From Frankiales bacterium (GTDB lineage Bacteria; Actinomycetota; Actinomycetes; Mycobacteriales; SCTD01), in assembly GCA_025966005.1 (NCBI GenBank), contig JAOPVV010000056.1, forward strand, positions 1 to 39,693: a stretch of DNA of 39,693 nt, read 5' to 3'. Within the stretch, counting starts at the first letter, position 1. Each line of letters starts with the position of its first letter. Made by a program: the position numbers and the translations under genes. The notes beneath the pieces are model-generated. The model was given only the letters and a program-made list of their open reading frames with translations, did no database searches and was not told the origin of the DNA. Positions 1 to 11,622 of this stretch are shown here, in pieces.

Positions 1-108
1 GCACGGCCGTGTCCAGCTCGTGGCCGGGGCGCAGGCCGGGGACCACCACGTCGCGCAGCGTGGCCGCGACGGAGCGCCAGAGCACCTCGTCAGGGACGAC
101 GGCGCCGG

Positions 109-1116
109 TCACGCGCGGACCCGCAGCGAGGCCGCGACCTCCGCCTCGAGGGCGAGGTCGAAGCCCGCACCCCACAGGGGGTCGGCGATGGTGCTGTCGA
201 CGTCGGCCAGCGGTGACGCGCAGAACCACTCGTACGTCTCGCGGTGGCCCGTCGTGAAGTCGCGGGCCGGCGGCAGGTCGACCAGCCGGCGGGCCTTGTC
301 GGTGCTCAGAACCCCGTGGTGCTTGGCCGCGAACAGGTGGCCGTACACCGACGCGCCGCGGGGTGCACCCGCACCGTCCGGGACGTGGACCACGTCCGCC
401 TCGACGCCGACGATCTCGGCGAGCGTCTGCACGTACTGCGCCGAGCTCACGCCCTCACCGGTGATGTTGAACGCCTCGCCGACTGCAGCCGGGTGCCGGC
501 CGAGTGCGAGCAGCCCGGCGCACAGGTCGTCGACGTGCCCGTAGGACGTGGTGACCAGGCCGCCGTGCGGGAGCAGCACCGGCAGGCCGCGACGCAGCCG
601 CGTGAACATGGCGGCCTCCATGTCGTAGATGTTGTTCTCGCGGCCGTAGATGGCCGCCGGCCGCGCCACCGTCGCCGGGAAGCCGCGCTCGCGAGCCGCC
701 CCGAGCAGGACGCGCTCGGCGGAGGCCTTGAACCCGCCGTAGGTCGTCGCCGGATCGTCGCGGTACGGCTGGTCCTCGTGCCACGGGAAGAAGCCGCTCG
801 GGGCGTACGCCATGATCGACGAGACGAAGACGTAGCGTCCGGTCCGGCCGTCGAGCAGGTCGACCAGCTGCTCGAAGGAGGAGCCCCCGGCCGCCATCAC
901 GAAGCCGGAGACGTCGTAGACCGCCTCCCACTGCGTGCCCCGCAGCACGGCGCTCACCGACGCGTCGATCTTGCGGTCGGCGACGAGCTGCTCCACCCCC
1001 GCGGGGGGCGGCGTGGAGCCTCGGTTCAGGAGCGTCACCTGTGCCCCCGCCGCGTGCAGGTGCTCGAGGAGGCGACCGCCGACGAAGCTGGTCCCACCCA
1101 GGACGAGGGTGCGCAT
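109..1116 (-). CDS. NAD-dependent epimerase/dehydratase family protein (extended SDR)
   Basis: This is the C-terminal 335 aa of ORF 109..2400, starting MRTLVLGGTSFVGGRL (GxxGxxG Rossmann motif) and carrying YGGFK (YxxxK). The ATG at 1114-1116 is in frame. The upstream part of the 763-aa ORF is antisense read-through of the neighbouring gene. Confidence 0.85.
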   Translation of the reverse strand: MRTLVLGGTSFVGGRLLEHLHAAGAQVTLLNRGSTPPPAGVEQLVADRKIDASVSAVLRGTQWEAVYDVSGFVMAAGGSSFEQLVDLLDGRTGRYVFVSSIMAYAPSGFFPWHEDQPYRDDPATTYGGFKASAERVLLGAARERGFPATVARPAAIYGRENNIYDMEAAMFTRLRRGLPVLLPHGGLVTTSYGHVDDLCAGLLALGRHPAAVGEAFNITGEGVSSAQYVQTLAEIVGVEADVVHVPDGAGAPRGASVYGHLFAAKHHGVLSTDKARRLVDLPPARDFTTGHRETYEWFCASPLADVDSTIADPLWGAGFDLALEAEVAASLRVRA

Positions 1117-1137
1117 GCCGGTCTCCGTCCGTCGCGG

Positions 1138-1160
1138 CTGTGGGACACAAATTCCCACAG
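1138..1160. promoter_or_regulatory. Perfect 8-bp inverted repeat CTGTGGGA-N7-TCCCACAG in a divergent promoter region (candidate operator)
   Basis: Read directly: ctgtggga cacaaat tcccacag. It has an AT-rich centre and lies in the 120-bp gap between divergent genes 109..1116(-) and 1237..2415(+). Confidence 0.4.
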
Positions 1161-1236
1161 TCGCGAACTCCCGGGCAAGGGTCCGTGGCTGCGGCAGGAC
1201 GTTGCTGCGCAGCCTCCCGGCTGCTGTAGTGACGGC

Positions 1237-2415
1237 ATGACGAGTGCGCCGATCCCTCCCACCGCAGGAGTTCCCACGGCCGGCCGTCTGACGCAGGCGG
1301 ACGAGTGGCCGAGGCACCAGGTGGCGCGCACCTTCGACACCGTCGCGAGCGACTCGCCGCACTGGAGCGACGGCTTCTACTTCACCGCCTCGGACGACGA
1401 GGGCACCGCGTCGCTCTACACGGCCGTCCGGCTGTACGCCAACAACGACGTCATGGACGGCTACGCCTGCGTCCGGCTCGACGGCCGGCAGCACAACCTG
1501 CGGTGGTCGCGACGGCTCCGGCCGGCCATCGACGACCTGCGGGTGGGGCCCCTCGAGGTGCAGATCCGCGAGCCGCTGGCGGTGCTGCGCACGACCTGCG
1601 CGCCGAACGACCACGGCATCTCCTACGACCTGACCTGGACCGGCCTGCACGAGCCCTACCTCGAGGGCTACGTCGAGCGGTACGCCGGCGGCCGGCTCAC
1701 CGCGCAGCGGTGCAACTACGACCAGTGCTGCGACGTGGCGGGCTGGATCGAGGTCGCCGGGCGGCGCCTCGAGGTCACCCCGGACCGCTGGGTGGGCGTG
1801 CGTGACCACTCGTGGGGGCTCGGTCGCACCGGCGGCCCGGTCTCGAGCGCGGCCGCGCCGCAGCCGGCCGGTGCGGGCCACAGCAGCTTCGCCGTCCGCC
1901 AGTGGGTGATGGTCCGCTTCGCCGACCGGGTGGTCTTCTGGCAGCTGCACCAGGACGCGGACGGCCGGTTCTCGATGTTCGAGAGCCGGGTGCTCCCCCG
2001 CGACGGCGGCGAGCCGTGGTCCTACGTCGCCCCCGGGTCGCTGGACCTCGAGCTCGTCCCCGGGCACCGCCGGCTGCGCCGGGGTGCCATCACCCTGCAG
2101 CGACCGGACGGCGGCAGCGACCGGTTCGCCTTCACCGTGGTCGGCGGCCCCGTCTACCTCCAGGGCGGCGGCTACTGGCAGGGGTTCGACGACGGCCTCG
2201 GCCGCGGGGTCTACCGCGGGGAGGACCACGGCGAGGGCGAGGTCTGGGACGTCTCCTCCCCCACCGAGGTGCGTGACCCGAAGGGACTGTTCCGCGCCCG
2301 TCCCGACGCCTACGCCGAGACGTTCGGCACCTTCCAGGACCTCGACGATCCCGACGGGCAGGGCACCGGTCACCTCGAGTGCGTGATCGCCGGGGCGCAC
2401 CCCGACCTGAGCTGA
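1237..2415 (+). CDS. Hypothetical protein (392 aa, conserved-looking, function unknown)
   Basis: The in-frame ATG at 1237 within ORF 244..2415 is the only start downstream of the divergent gene. Third-position GC is high throughout. The DHSWG motif is reminiscent of AttH/CrtC-like lipocalin-fold proteins, but I cannot confirm that. Confidence 0.65.
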   Translation: MTSAPIPPTAGVPTAGRLTQADEWPRHQVARTFDTVASDSPHWSDGFYFTASDDEGTASLYTAVRLYANNDVMDGYACVRLDGRQHNLRWSRRLRPAIDDLRVGPLEVQIREPLAVLRTTCAPNDHGISYDLTWTGLHEPYLEGYVERYAGGRLTAQRCNYDQCCDVAGWIEVAGRRLEVTPDRWVGVRDHSWGLGRTGGPVSSAAAPQPAGAGHSSFAVRQWVMVRFADRVVFWQLHQDADGRFSMFESRVLPRDGGEPWSYVAPGSLDLELVPGHRRLRRGAITLQRPDGGSDRFAFTVVGGPVYLQGGGYWQGFDDGLGRGVYRGEDHGEGEVWDVSSPTEVRDPKGLFRARPDAYAETFGTFQDLDDPDGQGTGHLECVIAGAHPDLS

Positions 2416-2422
2416 CGTCGGC

Positions 2423-3187
2423 TCAGGCCCGCGCCTCGCGCTCCAGGGCCGCGACCAGCGAGGTCATGAGCCGCTGCGGTTCGTCGAGGGCCTCCCGCGC
2501 CCGCGTCAGCAGCGCCCGTTCGACCATCTCGGCGAAGCGGTCGGGGAAGACGACGGCCTGCTCGGCCTCCCACGCCGCGAGGGAGCGCTCGGCGACCTGC
2601 TCCGGGGACGCCTTCGGGTAGGGCACGTCCTTCGCCATCTCGGTGTCGAGGAAACCGGCGTGCGACGTCGTCACCACGACCCCGTCGGCCGCCAGCTGCT
2701 CACGCAGCGCCATCGCGAGCATGCGCTGCGCCGCCTTGCTCGCGCCGTACACCGGGGAGCTGCGTGACACCACAAGACCGGCCAGCGAGTTGATGAACAG
2801 CACCGCGCCGCTGCGCGACCGCAGCGCCGGCGCGAGCGCCCGCACCAGCTCGAGCGGGCCGAACACGTTCACCTCGAACGTCTCCCGGCACAACGCCTCG
2901 TCGGTGTCGAGCACCCGCCCCGCGGGCGCGAGACCGGCGTTGCTGACCAGTGCGTCGACGTCCGCGCAGGCCTCGGCCACCGCCCGACGGTCGTCGGGCG
3001 ACGTGACGTCCAGGCGCACGGGGACCAGCCGCTCACCGAGCCGCTGCCGCACCGGTCCGAGCGTCGCCGGGTCCCGCGCACCGGCGTAGACCTTCACCGC
3101 ACCGCGGGCGAGCAGGGCCTCGGCGAGCGCCAGGCCGAGACCGCGGTTGGCACCCGTCACCAGGACCGTCCTGCCGGTGATCTGCAC
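2423..3187 (-). CDS. Short-chain dehydrogenase/reductase (SDR)
   Basis: A GTG at 3185-3187 is preceded by GGAGGAG. The product starts VQITGRTVLVTGANRGLGLA (TGxxxGxG) and carries SPVYGASKAA (YxxxK). Confidence 0.85.
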   Translation of the reverse strand: MQITGRTVLVTGANRGLGLALAEALLARGAVKVYAGARDPATLGPVRQRLGERLVPVRLDVTSPDDRRAVAEACADVDALVSNAGLAPAGRVLDTDEALCRETFEVNVFGPLELVRALAPALRSRSGAVLFINSLAGLVVSRSSPVYGASKAAQRMLAMALREQLAADGVVVTTSHAGFLDTEMAKDVPYPKASPEQVAERSLAAWEAEQAVVFPDRFAEMVERALLTRAREALDEPQRLMTSLVAALEREARA

Positions 3188-3263
3188 GTATTCACTCCTC
3201 CGTCTCGGACGCGGGAGCGGGCCCGGTGCGGACGGTTTGGAGCCCCGCCGCCGACCCCTGCCG

Positions 3264-3291
3264 TTGACGTACCGGGGGCCAGGCATAGCGT
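3264..3291 (+). promoter_or_regulatory. Sigma-70-like promoter candidate: TTGACG-N16-TAGCGT
   Basis: The hexamers were read directly at 3264-3269 and 3286-3291. The element points toward the small ORF at 3447. Confidence 0.3.
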
Positions 3292-3446
3292 GTGACCGGA
3301 GACACACTGCGCCGCGTCCCGGCGAGATCGGCACACCCGAGGAGGACCTCTCGGCACCTGACCGCGCGTCTCCCTGCTCCGGGGCCCGCCGCTGTCCTGC
3401 GACGCCCGCGCGGCGTCGTCCTACCGCGCACCACCCTGGGGCACCC

Positions 3447-3740
3447 GTGATCGCAAGCACCCGCGACAGCTGGACCATCGACCTGGACGGACCGGCGGCG
3501 GCGCCGCCCCGCGCCCGGCTGGTGGAACTTCCCGACGCGCCCGGCGAGGTCGTCTGCCGTGGCCTGGTCGTCCAGGACGACGCCATGATCGAGCTGGGCG
3601 TCGCCGACCCGGAGCACGGCGCGCACACCGTCTACGTGGTCGCCGTCGAGCACTGCACCCACCTCTCGCCGGCCCAGGCCCGCGCCGCTGCCGGTCACCT
3701 GCTGCGAGCCGCGGACGAGGCGGAGGCGCTCGACCGCTGA
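3447..3740 (+). CDS. Small hypothetical protein (97 aa)
   Basis: This is the only start (GTG 3447) in the ORF 3147..3740 frame downstream of the putative promoter. Third-position GC is strongly G/C-biased. There is no recognisable motif and the RBS is weak. Confidence 0.45.
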   Translation: MIASTRDSWTIDLDGPAAAPPRARLVELPDAPGEVVCRGLVVQDDAMIELGVADPEHGAHTVYVVAVEHCTHLSPAQARAAAGHLLRAADEAEALDR

Positions 3741-3781
3741 CCCCACCGGCAGCGGCGCGGCCGTCCCCCGCGCTCGGCTCC

Positions 3782-6523
3782 TCACGTGGCCAGCAGGGCC
3801 GCGCGTCCGGCCTCGAGCCGGGCGACGGGGACCCGGAAGGGGCTGCAGCTGACGTAGTGCAAGCCGGCGGCGTGGAAGAAGTGGACGCTCTCGGGGTCCC
3901 CGCCGTGCTCGCCGCAGACGCCGATCTTCAGGTCCGGCTTGGTGGCGCGTCCCTCATGCGTGGCGATCCGCACGAGCCTGCCGATGCCGTCGGGGTCGAT
4001 GGACTCGAAGGGGCTGACGCCGAACACCCCGAGCTCGAGGTAGCGGCTGAAGAACGAGGCCTCGACGTCGTCGCGGCTGAAGCCGTAGCCCATCTGCGTC
4101 AGGTCGTTCGTGCCGAACGAGAAGAAGTCGGCGCTCTCGGCGATCTGGCCCGCGGTGAGGGCCGCCCGCGGGATCTCGATCATGGTGCCGATCGGGACGT
4201 CGACCGGCTGACCGGTCTGCGCCGCGACCTCGTCGACGATGCGCCGACACTCCTCCCGGACGATCTCCAGCTCCTGGACGGCGGCGACCAGCGGGACCAT
4301 CACCTCGGGCCGGGGGTCCAGCCCCTCGCTGCGCAGCTGCCCGGCCGCCTCGGCCAGCGCCCGGACCTGCACCGCGAACAGCCCCGGGATGACGAGGCCG
4401 AGCCGCACGCCGCGCAGCCCGATCATCGGGTTGGACTCGTGCAGCCGCCGGACGGCGGCGAGCAGGTCGCGCCGCTTGCCGTCGACGAGCCGGCCGCTCG
4501 CCTCCGCGACGGCCACCTCCACCGAGAGCTCGACGAGGTCGGGCAGGAACTCGTGCAGCGGCGGGTCCAGCAGTCGGACCGTCACCGGCAGACCGTCCAT
4601 GGCCCGCAGGATGCCGGCGAAGTCCTCGCGCTGCAGCGGGAGCAGCGCGGCCAGCGCCGCCTCCTGGGCCTGCGGGCCGTCGGCGAGCACGAGGTCCTCG
4701 ACCAGCTGGCGTCGCTCCCCGAGGAACATGTGCTCGGTGCGGCACAGCCCGATGCCCTGCGCCCCGAACCGGCGTGCCCGCTCGGCGTCCTGCGGGGTGT
4801 CGGCGTTCGTCCGGACCCCCAGCCGGCGGGCCGTGTCGGCGTGGCCCATCAGCCGGTGCACCGCGGCGACGAGCTCGCCGCCGTCCGCCGGGTCCAGACT
4901 GCCCTCGAAGTACTCCACCACCGGCGACAGCGTCACCGGCACCTCACCGGCGTAAACGTCCCCGGTCGTGCCGTCGATCGACACGACGTCACCCTCGCGG
5001 AGCACCGTCCCGTCGGGGGTGGTGACCGTCTGGGCGGTCAGGTCGACGTCGAGCTCCTCCGCTCCGCACACGCAGGTCTTGCCCATCCCGCGCGCCACCA
5101 CCGCTGCGTGGGAGGTCTTGCCGCCACGGCTGGTGAGGACGCCCTGGGCGGCGATCATCCCGGACAGGTCGTCGGGGTTGGTCTCCCTGCGCACCAGCAC
5201 GACCGCCTCACCGCGGGCCGCCCAGGCCACCGCCGTGCCGCTGTCGAAGACCACCTTCCCCACTGCGGCACCGGGGCTCGCGCCCATCCCCGTGGTCAGC
5301 CTGGGGACGCCGGCGGTCTCGACGAAGCGGGGGAACATCAGCTGCATCAGCTGCGCCCCGCTGACCCGGCCCAGGGCCTCGTCCAGGGAGATCAGGCCCT
5401 CGTCGACCAGCTGGGTGGCGATCCGGAACGCCGCGCCGGCCGTCCGCTTGCCGACCCGGGTCTGCAAAATCCAGAGCTTGCCGCGCTCGATCGTGAACTC
5501 GATGTCGCACAGGTCCCGGTAGTGCCGCTCCAACGTCGTCATGATCGTCAGCAGCTCGTCATAGGAGCTCTTGTCGAGCCCCTCGAGGTCGGTCAGCGGC
5601 AGGGTGTTGCGGATCCCCGCGACGACGTCCTCCCCCTGGGCGTTGGACAGGTAGTCGCCGTACACGCCCGGGGCACCGCTGCCGGGGTCGCGGGTGAAGC
5701 AGACGCCGGTTCCCGAGTCCTCACCGAGGTTGCCGAACACCATCGAGCAGACGTTCACCGCGGTGCCCAGGTCCGCCGGGATGCGCTCCTGCCGGCGGTA
5801 GAGCCGGGCCCGGTCGCCGTTCCACGAGTCGAACACCGCCCGCACCGCCAGCTCGAGCTGCACCCTCGGGTCCTGCGGGAACGGCGCGCCCGTGCGGTCA
5901 GCGACGATGCGCAGGAACTCGGCCACCAGCGCCCGCAGGTCGTCCGCGTCCAGCTGGACGTCCGAGCGGACGCCCTTGGCCTGCTTCGCCGCCTCGAGGG
6001 CGTGCTCGAACGGGTCCCCCTCCACGCCGAGGACGGTCCTGCCGAACATCTGCAGCAGCCGGCGGTAGGAGTCCCAGGCGAACCGCTCGTTCCCGGACTG
6101 CCGCGCCAGACCCAGGACCGACGCGTCGTTCAGGCCGATGTTCAGGACCGTGTCCATCATCCCGGGCATCGAGAACCGCGCTCCCGAACGGACGCTCACG
6201 AGCAGCGGGTCGGCGGGGTCCCCGAGGCGCTTGCCCATCTGCTCCTGCAGCCGCGCGAGGTGCACGTCCACCTCCGCGGCCAGCGCCGAGGGGACGTCGC
6301 CGGTCTCCAGGTAGACCCGGCACGCCTCCGTCGTGATCACGAACCCGGGCGGCACCGGGAGGCCCAGCCGCGTCATCTCCGCCAGGTTCGCCCCCTTGCC
6401 TCCGAGCAGGTCCTTCATCTCCTGGCCACCCTCGGTGAAGCCGAACACGAGCTTCGCGACGGGTGGCTGGGCACCGGTCTCGTCGGCCGACACGTCCGGG
6501 CGGGTGGCTGCTGCGGTGGTCAT
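3782..6523 (-). CDS. ppdK: Pyruvate, phosphate dikinase
   Basis: The 913-aa ORF carries the ATP-grasp motifs GGKGANLAEM, SVRSGARFSMPGMMDT and ILQTRVGKRT. It has the phospho-His motif GGKTSHAAVVARGMG. The PEP/pyruvate barrel motifs GLCRTEHMF, RLLDPPLHEFLP, FSFGTNDLTQ and CGEHGGDP are all present. GAGGAG precedes the ATG. Confidence 0.95.
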   Translation of the reverse strand: MTTAAATRPDVSADETGAQPPVAKLVFGFTEGGQEMKDLLGGKGANLAEMTRLGLPVPPGFVITTEACRVYLETGDVPSALAAEVDVHLARLQEQMGKRLGDPADPLLVSVRSGARFSMPGMMDTVLNIGLNDASVLGLARQSGNERFAWDSYRRLLQMFGRTVLGVEGDPFEHALEAAKQAKGVRSDVQLDADDLRALVAEFLRIVADRTGAPFPQDPRVQLELAVRAVFDSWNGDRARLYRRQERIPADLGTAVNVCSMVFGNLGEDSGTGVCFTRDPGSGAPGVYGDYLSNAQGEDVVAGIRNTLPLTDLEGLDKSSYDELLTIMTTLERHYRDLCDIEFTIERGKLWILQTRVGKRTAGAAFRIATQLVDEGLISLDEALGRVSGAQLMQLMFPRFVETAGVPRLTTGMGASPGAAVGKVVFDSGTAVAWAARGEAVVLVRRETNPDDLSGMIAAQGVLTSRGGKTSHAAVVARGMGKTCVCGAEELDVDLTAQTVTTPDGTVLREGDVVSIDGTTGDVYAGEVPVTLSPVVEYFEGSLDPADGGELVAAVHRLMGHADTARRLGVRTNADTPQDAERARRFGAQGIGLCRTEHMFLGERRQLVEDLVLADGPQAQEAALAALLPLQREDFAGILRAMDGLPVTVRLLDPPLHEFLPDLVELSVEVAVAEASGRLVDGKRRDLLAAVRRLHESNPMIGLRGVRLGLVIPGLFAVQVRALAEAAGQLRSEGLDPRPEVMVPLVAAVQELEIVREECRRIVDEVAAQTGQPVDVPIGTMIEIPRAALTAGQIAESADFFSFGTNDLTQMGYGFSRDDVEASFFSRYLELGVFGVSPFESIDPDGIGRLVRIATHEGRATKPDLKIGVCGEHGGDPESVHFFHAAGLHYVSCSPFRVPVARLEAGRAALLAT

Positions 6524-6708
6524 GGCGCTCCTCGGTGGGTGGCGGCGCGGGGGGAGGGAGGGTCAGGTGAGCGGACGGACCGGGTGGCGGCCCCGGCGAC
6601 GCCGTCCACCGCCTGCGCTGCCTGGACGACGGCCCGCGGCCGGAGGACGGCGGGAGCAGGGGCCGGTGGCTGGAGCACGGGGCCTCCCGGGGCGGCAGGA
6701 GTTCTTAC

Positions 6709-6739
6709 TTGATGATGTCTACAGTATTGAGCCCATCGT
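6709..6739 (+). promoter_or_regulatory. Candidate promoter/operator P1: TTGATG-a-TGTCTACAGT ... CATCGT
   Basis: The layout matches the 19924..19953 element: a -35-like hexamer, one nucleotide, then the identical 10-mer TGTCTACAGT (6716-6725). The -10 assignment (CATCGT, 19-nt spacer) is weak. Confidence 0.3.
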
Positions 6740-6866
6740 GTCAGCCCCCCGCTCCGAGCGTCGGCGCGACGGTGGCCGTGGACGGCGGCACGCCACCACC
6801 GGCACTTACTTGACATGAAGTCGAGTTGCGAGCCGCATCGGAGGACCTGGGGGACACCCCAGTTTC

Positions 6867-6895
6867 TTGACGGACACTCCGCTTACGGAGACTAT
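6867..6895 (+). promoter_or_regulatory. Candidate promoter P2: TTGACG-N17-GACTAT upstream of the 6980 operon
   Basis: The -35 lies inside the 13-mer AGTTTCTTGACGG (6861-6873), which recurs exactly at 19918-19930. The -10 keeps the A2 and T6 positions. Confidence 0.35.
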
Positions 6896-6979
6896 GGCCC
6901 GAGTCACAGTGTGATCTCGCACGACACCCCACGACCTCTGCCCGCAGCCCGGGCGAGGGCGCCCACGAGGAGCAGCCAG

Positions 6980-7605
6980 ATGACGAACTCCGCCGGAGCC
7001 GCCGAGCTCGACGACGTCACCCGCGAGGCCCTGGTCGGGCTCGTGATCCGAGGGATGCACCGCGGCGCCCTGTCCCCCGAGCAGCAGGCCCTGGTCGACC
7101 AGGGCCTGGCGATGGCCAAGGGCCCGATGGTGATGCCGACGCCCGCCGGAACGGCGGCGGCCCAGGCGGTCACGCGGCTGGCCGCGGGCGGTGACGAGGA
7201 GAAGTCGCTGCGTCCGCTGTTCGAGAAGTTCCTCCCGGTCAACCACCAGCTCCGCGACCTCTGCACGGCGTGGCAGCTGCGGCCGGACGGCACGCCCAAC
7301 GACCACAGCGACGCGGCCTACGACGCCTCCGTCCGGGACCGCCTCGACGACATCGACGACGCCATCGGCCGGATCCTGCGCCGCATGTCGGAGGTCACCC
7401 CCCGGCTGTCGCACTACCGGGACCACCTGAGCGCGTCGCTGGAGAGGTTTGACGACGGGGACGCCGGCATGCTCACCAGCCCGCTCGCCGACAGCTACCA
7501 CACGGTGTGGATGTGGCTGCACCAGGAGCTGCTCCTGATGCTGGGCATCAGCCGGGCCGAGGACGAGAAGCTCGAGGCCGAACTCGTCGCCGGTCAGAAG
7601 GTCTG

Positions 7606-7606
<1 letters not shown>
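6980..7606 (+). CDS. Hypothetical helical protein (208 aa), translationally coupled to the PPDK paralogue
   Basis: ATG 6980 is preceded by GAGGAG (6966-6971). The stop TGA 7604-7606 shares its A with the ATG 7606 of the next gene (TGATG). There is no recognisable catalytic motif. Confidence 0.7.
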
Positions 7607-10127
<2,521 letters not shown>

Positions 10128-10131
<4 letters not shown>

Positions 10132-11249
10132 CCGCTGAGCTGATCGACCTGACCGCCGAGCGACAGGCGGAGGTCGAGAGCCTGCGCGCGACCGTCCGCG
10201 ACGTCTGCGACGACGCCGGTGGTCCGACGGCCGTGCGCCGGCTCGAGGCCGCCGGCGGCCGCTACGACACCAGGCTGTGGGACGTCCTGGGCGCCCAGAT
10301 CGGCCTGGCGGGCCTGGGCCTGCCCGAGTCGGCCGGCGGCATCGGCGGTCTCGCCGAGATGGCCGCGGTGGCCGAGGAGCTCGGACGAGCCCTGCTCCCG
10401 GTGCCCTTCCTGTCGTCCACCGTGCTGGCCGGCCAGGTGCTCGCGCACGCGGGGCCGGCGGCCCGCTCCGCGCTGGAGCGGGTGGCCGCCGGGGAGCTCG
10501 CGACCCTGGCGCTGGCCGACGCCGACGGCGTCTGGGACCCGTCGCAGGTCGAGGTCGCCGCCACGGTCGGCGCCGACGGCTGCACGGTCGACGGCGCGGT
10601 GCCGTTCGTGCTGGACGGTGCGGACGCCGCTCTCGTCGTCGTCGCCGCCCGCACCTGCGACGGAGTGGACCTGTTCCTCGTCGACGCGCACGACCCGCAG
10701 GTCGACGCGGTGGCCGTGGAGACCCTCGACCTGTCGCGCAGCCAGGCCCTCGTGACCTTCACCGACGCCCCGGCCACGCGGCTCACCACCGGCGGCTCCG
10801 CGGACGCGGCCGTCCGGCCCGCCCTGGACGTGGCCGCGGTCGCGCTGGCGGCCGAGCAGTTCGGCGGCACTCAGGCCTGCCTGGAGATGACCGTCGCCTA
10901 CGTCAAGGAGCGCCGGCAGTTCGGCCGGGCGATCGGCAGCTTCCAGGCGGTCAAGCACACCTGCGCGGACATGCTCGTCCTGGTCGAGGCGTGCCGCTCG
11001 GCGGTCGTGCGCGCCCTCGAGGTGGAGGGCGACCCCGAGGCGCTGGCGGAGGCGGCAGCGGTGGCGCAGAGCTGGTGCTCCGACGCCTACCGCACCGTGA
11101 CCGCCGAGACCGTCCAGCTGCACGGCGGCATCGGCTTCACGTGGGAGCACGACGCGCACCTGTACTTCCGCCGCGCTCGCGCCGACGCCGCGCTGCTCGG
11201 CAGCGCCAGGCACCACCGCGAGCGGCTCGCGACGCTGCTCGCCTGGTAG
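10128..11249 (+). CDS. Acyl-CoA dehydrogenase family protein
   Basis: The ATG at 10128 overlaps the upstream stop (ATGA). The 373-aa product carries RRQFGRAIGSFQAVKH and QLHGGIGFTWEHDAHLYFRRA, typical of actinobacterial FadE-type ACADs. Confidence 0.9.
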
Positions 11250-11263
11250 GGCTCGCCTGGTAG
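11237..11263 (+). repeat. Tandem direct repeat GCTCGCCTGGTAG x2 spanning the ACAD stop codon
   Basis: The 13-mer occurs at 11237-11249 (including the TAG stop) and again at 11251-11263. Confidence 0.8.
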
Positions 11264-11622
11264 CGCTCGGCGCAGGCGGTGCCGACGGGCGGAGCCTGCC
11301 GACGTCACGGTCGGCCGTGCCGCGGGTCGCACGAGTCGACCACCGTGCCGTCGACGCTCGGCGGGGCCACCACGTCCAGCCGTCGCCGAGACCGCTGAGA
11401 GATCCCCCCGGAATGGTCGCGCCTCCGACGCCGTGGTCACCCGGGTCGAGGCTGTCACCCACGGCGTCCTCGCACGGCAGGTAGGCGCCGGGACCGCCTC
11501 CGGCTGCGCGTGACAGGACCGTGCCGCCGTCCGGTGCCGGGGCAGCCGCCGTGGGCCTCTCCGACCGACCACGCAGGCGCCCGAGCAGGAGTCCCTCACG
11601 GGGGCGTCGTGGCCGCCGTCGG

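Noticed and set aside
1117-2400. The N-terminal 428 residues of the 763-aa ORF 109..2400 (minus strand).
   Set aside because: This part is antisense to the 1237..2415 gene and shows no domain signatures. The epimerase fold begins at the internal Met at 1116.
3741-3781. A possible bidirectional terminator between the small ORF and ppdK.
   Set aside because: There is only a 6-bp GCGCGG/CCGCGC stem with a 7-nt loop and no U-tract, which is too weak to call.
3857-6712. A 951-aa ORF antisense to ppdK.
   Set aside because: Same reasoning: it has no recognisable motifs and a repetitive Arg/Gly/Pro-rich composition, while the opposite strand encodes a complete PPDK.
6712-6813. A 33-codon small ORF (MMSTVLSPSC...PPALT) with an AGGAG 10 nt upstream.
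   Set aside because: Its first third uses A/T-ending codons that are atypical for this genome. Its 3' half is better explained as a relic homologous to the P450 terminus. I mention it only as a possibility in the intergenic-region finding.
7507-7605. An upstream start (7507) for the PPDK-like gene.
   Set aside because: It would overlap the 208-aa gene by about 100 nt in another frame and would add an Arg/Gly-rich non-homologous extension. ATG 7606 gives stop/start coupling.
11250-11622. A possible unannotated gene between the convergent ACAD genes.
   Set aside because: I translated the region by hand in the minus frames. Short GC3-biased stretches, such as LDVVAPPSVDGTVVDSCDPRHGRP*, are interrupted by stops within about 30 codons, so there is no complete ORF. 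I treat it as non-coding or decayed.
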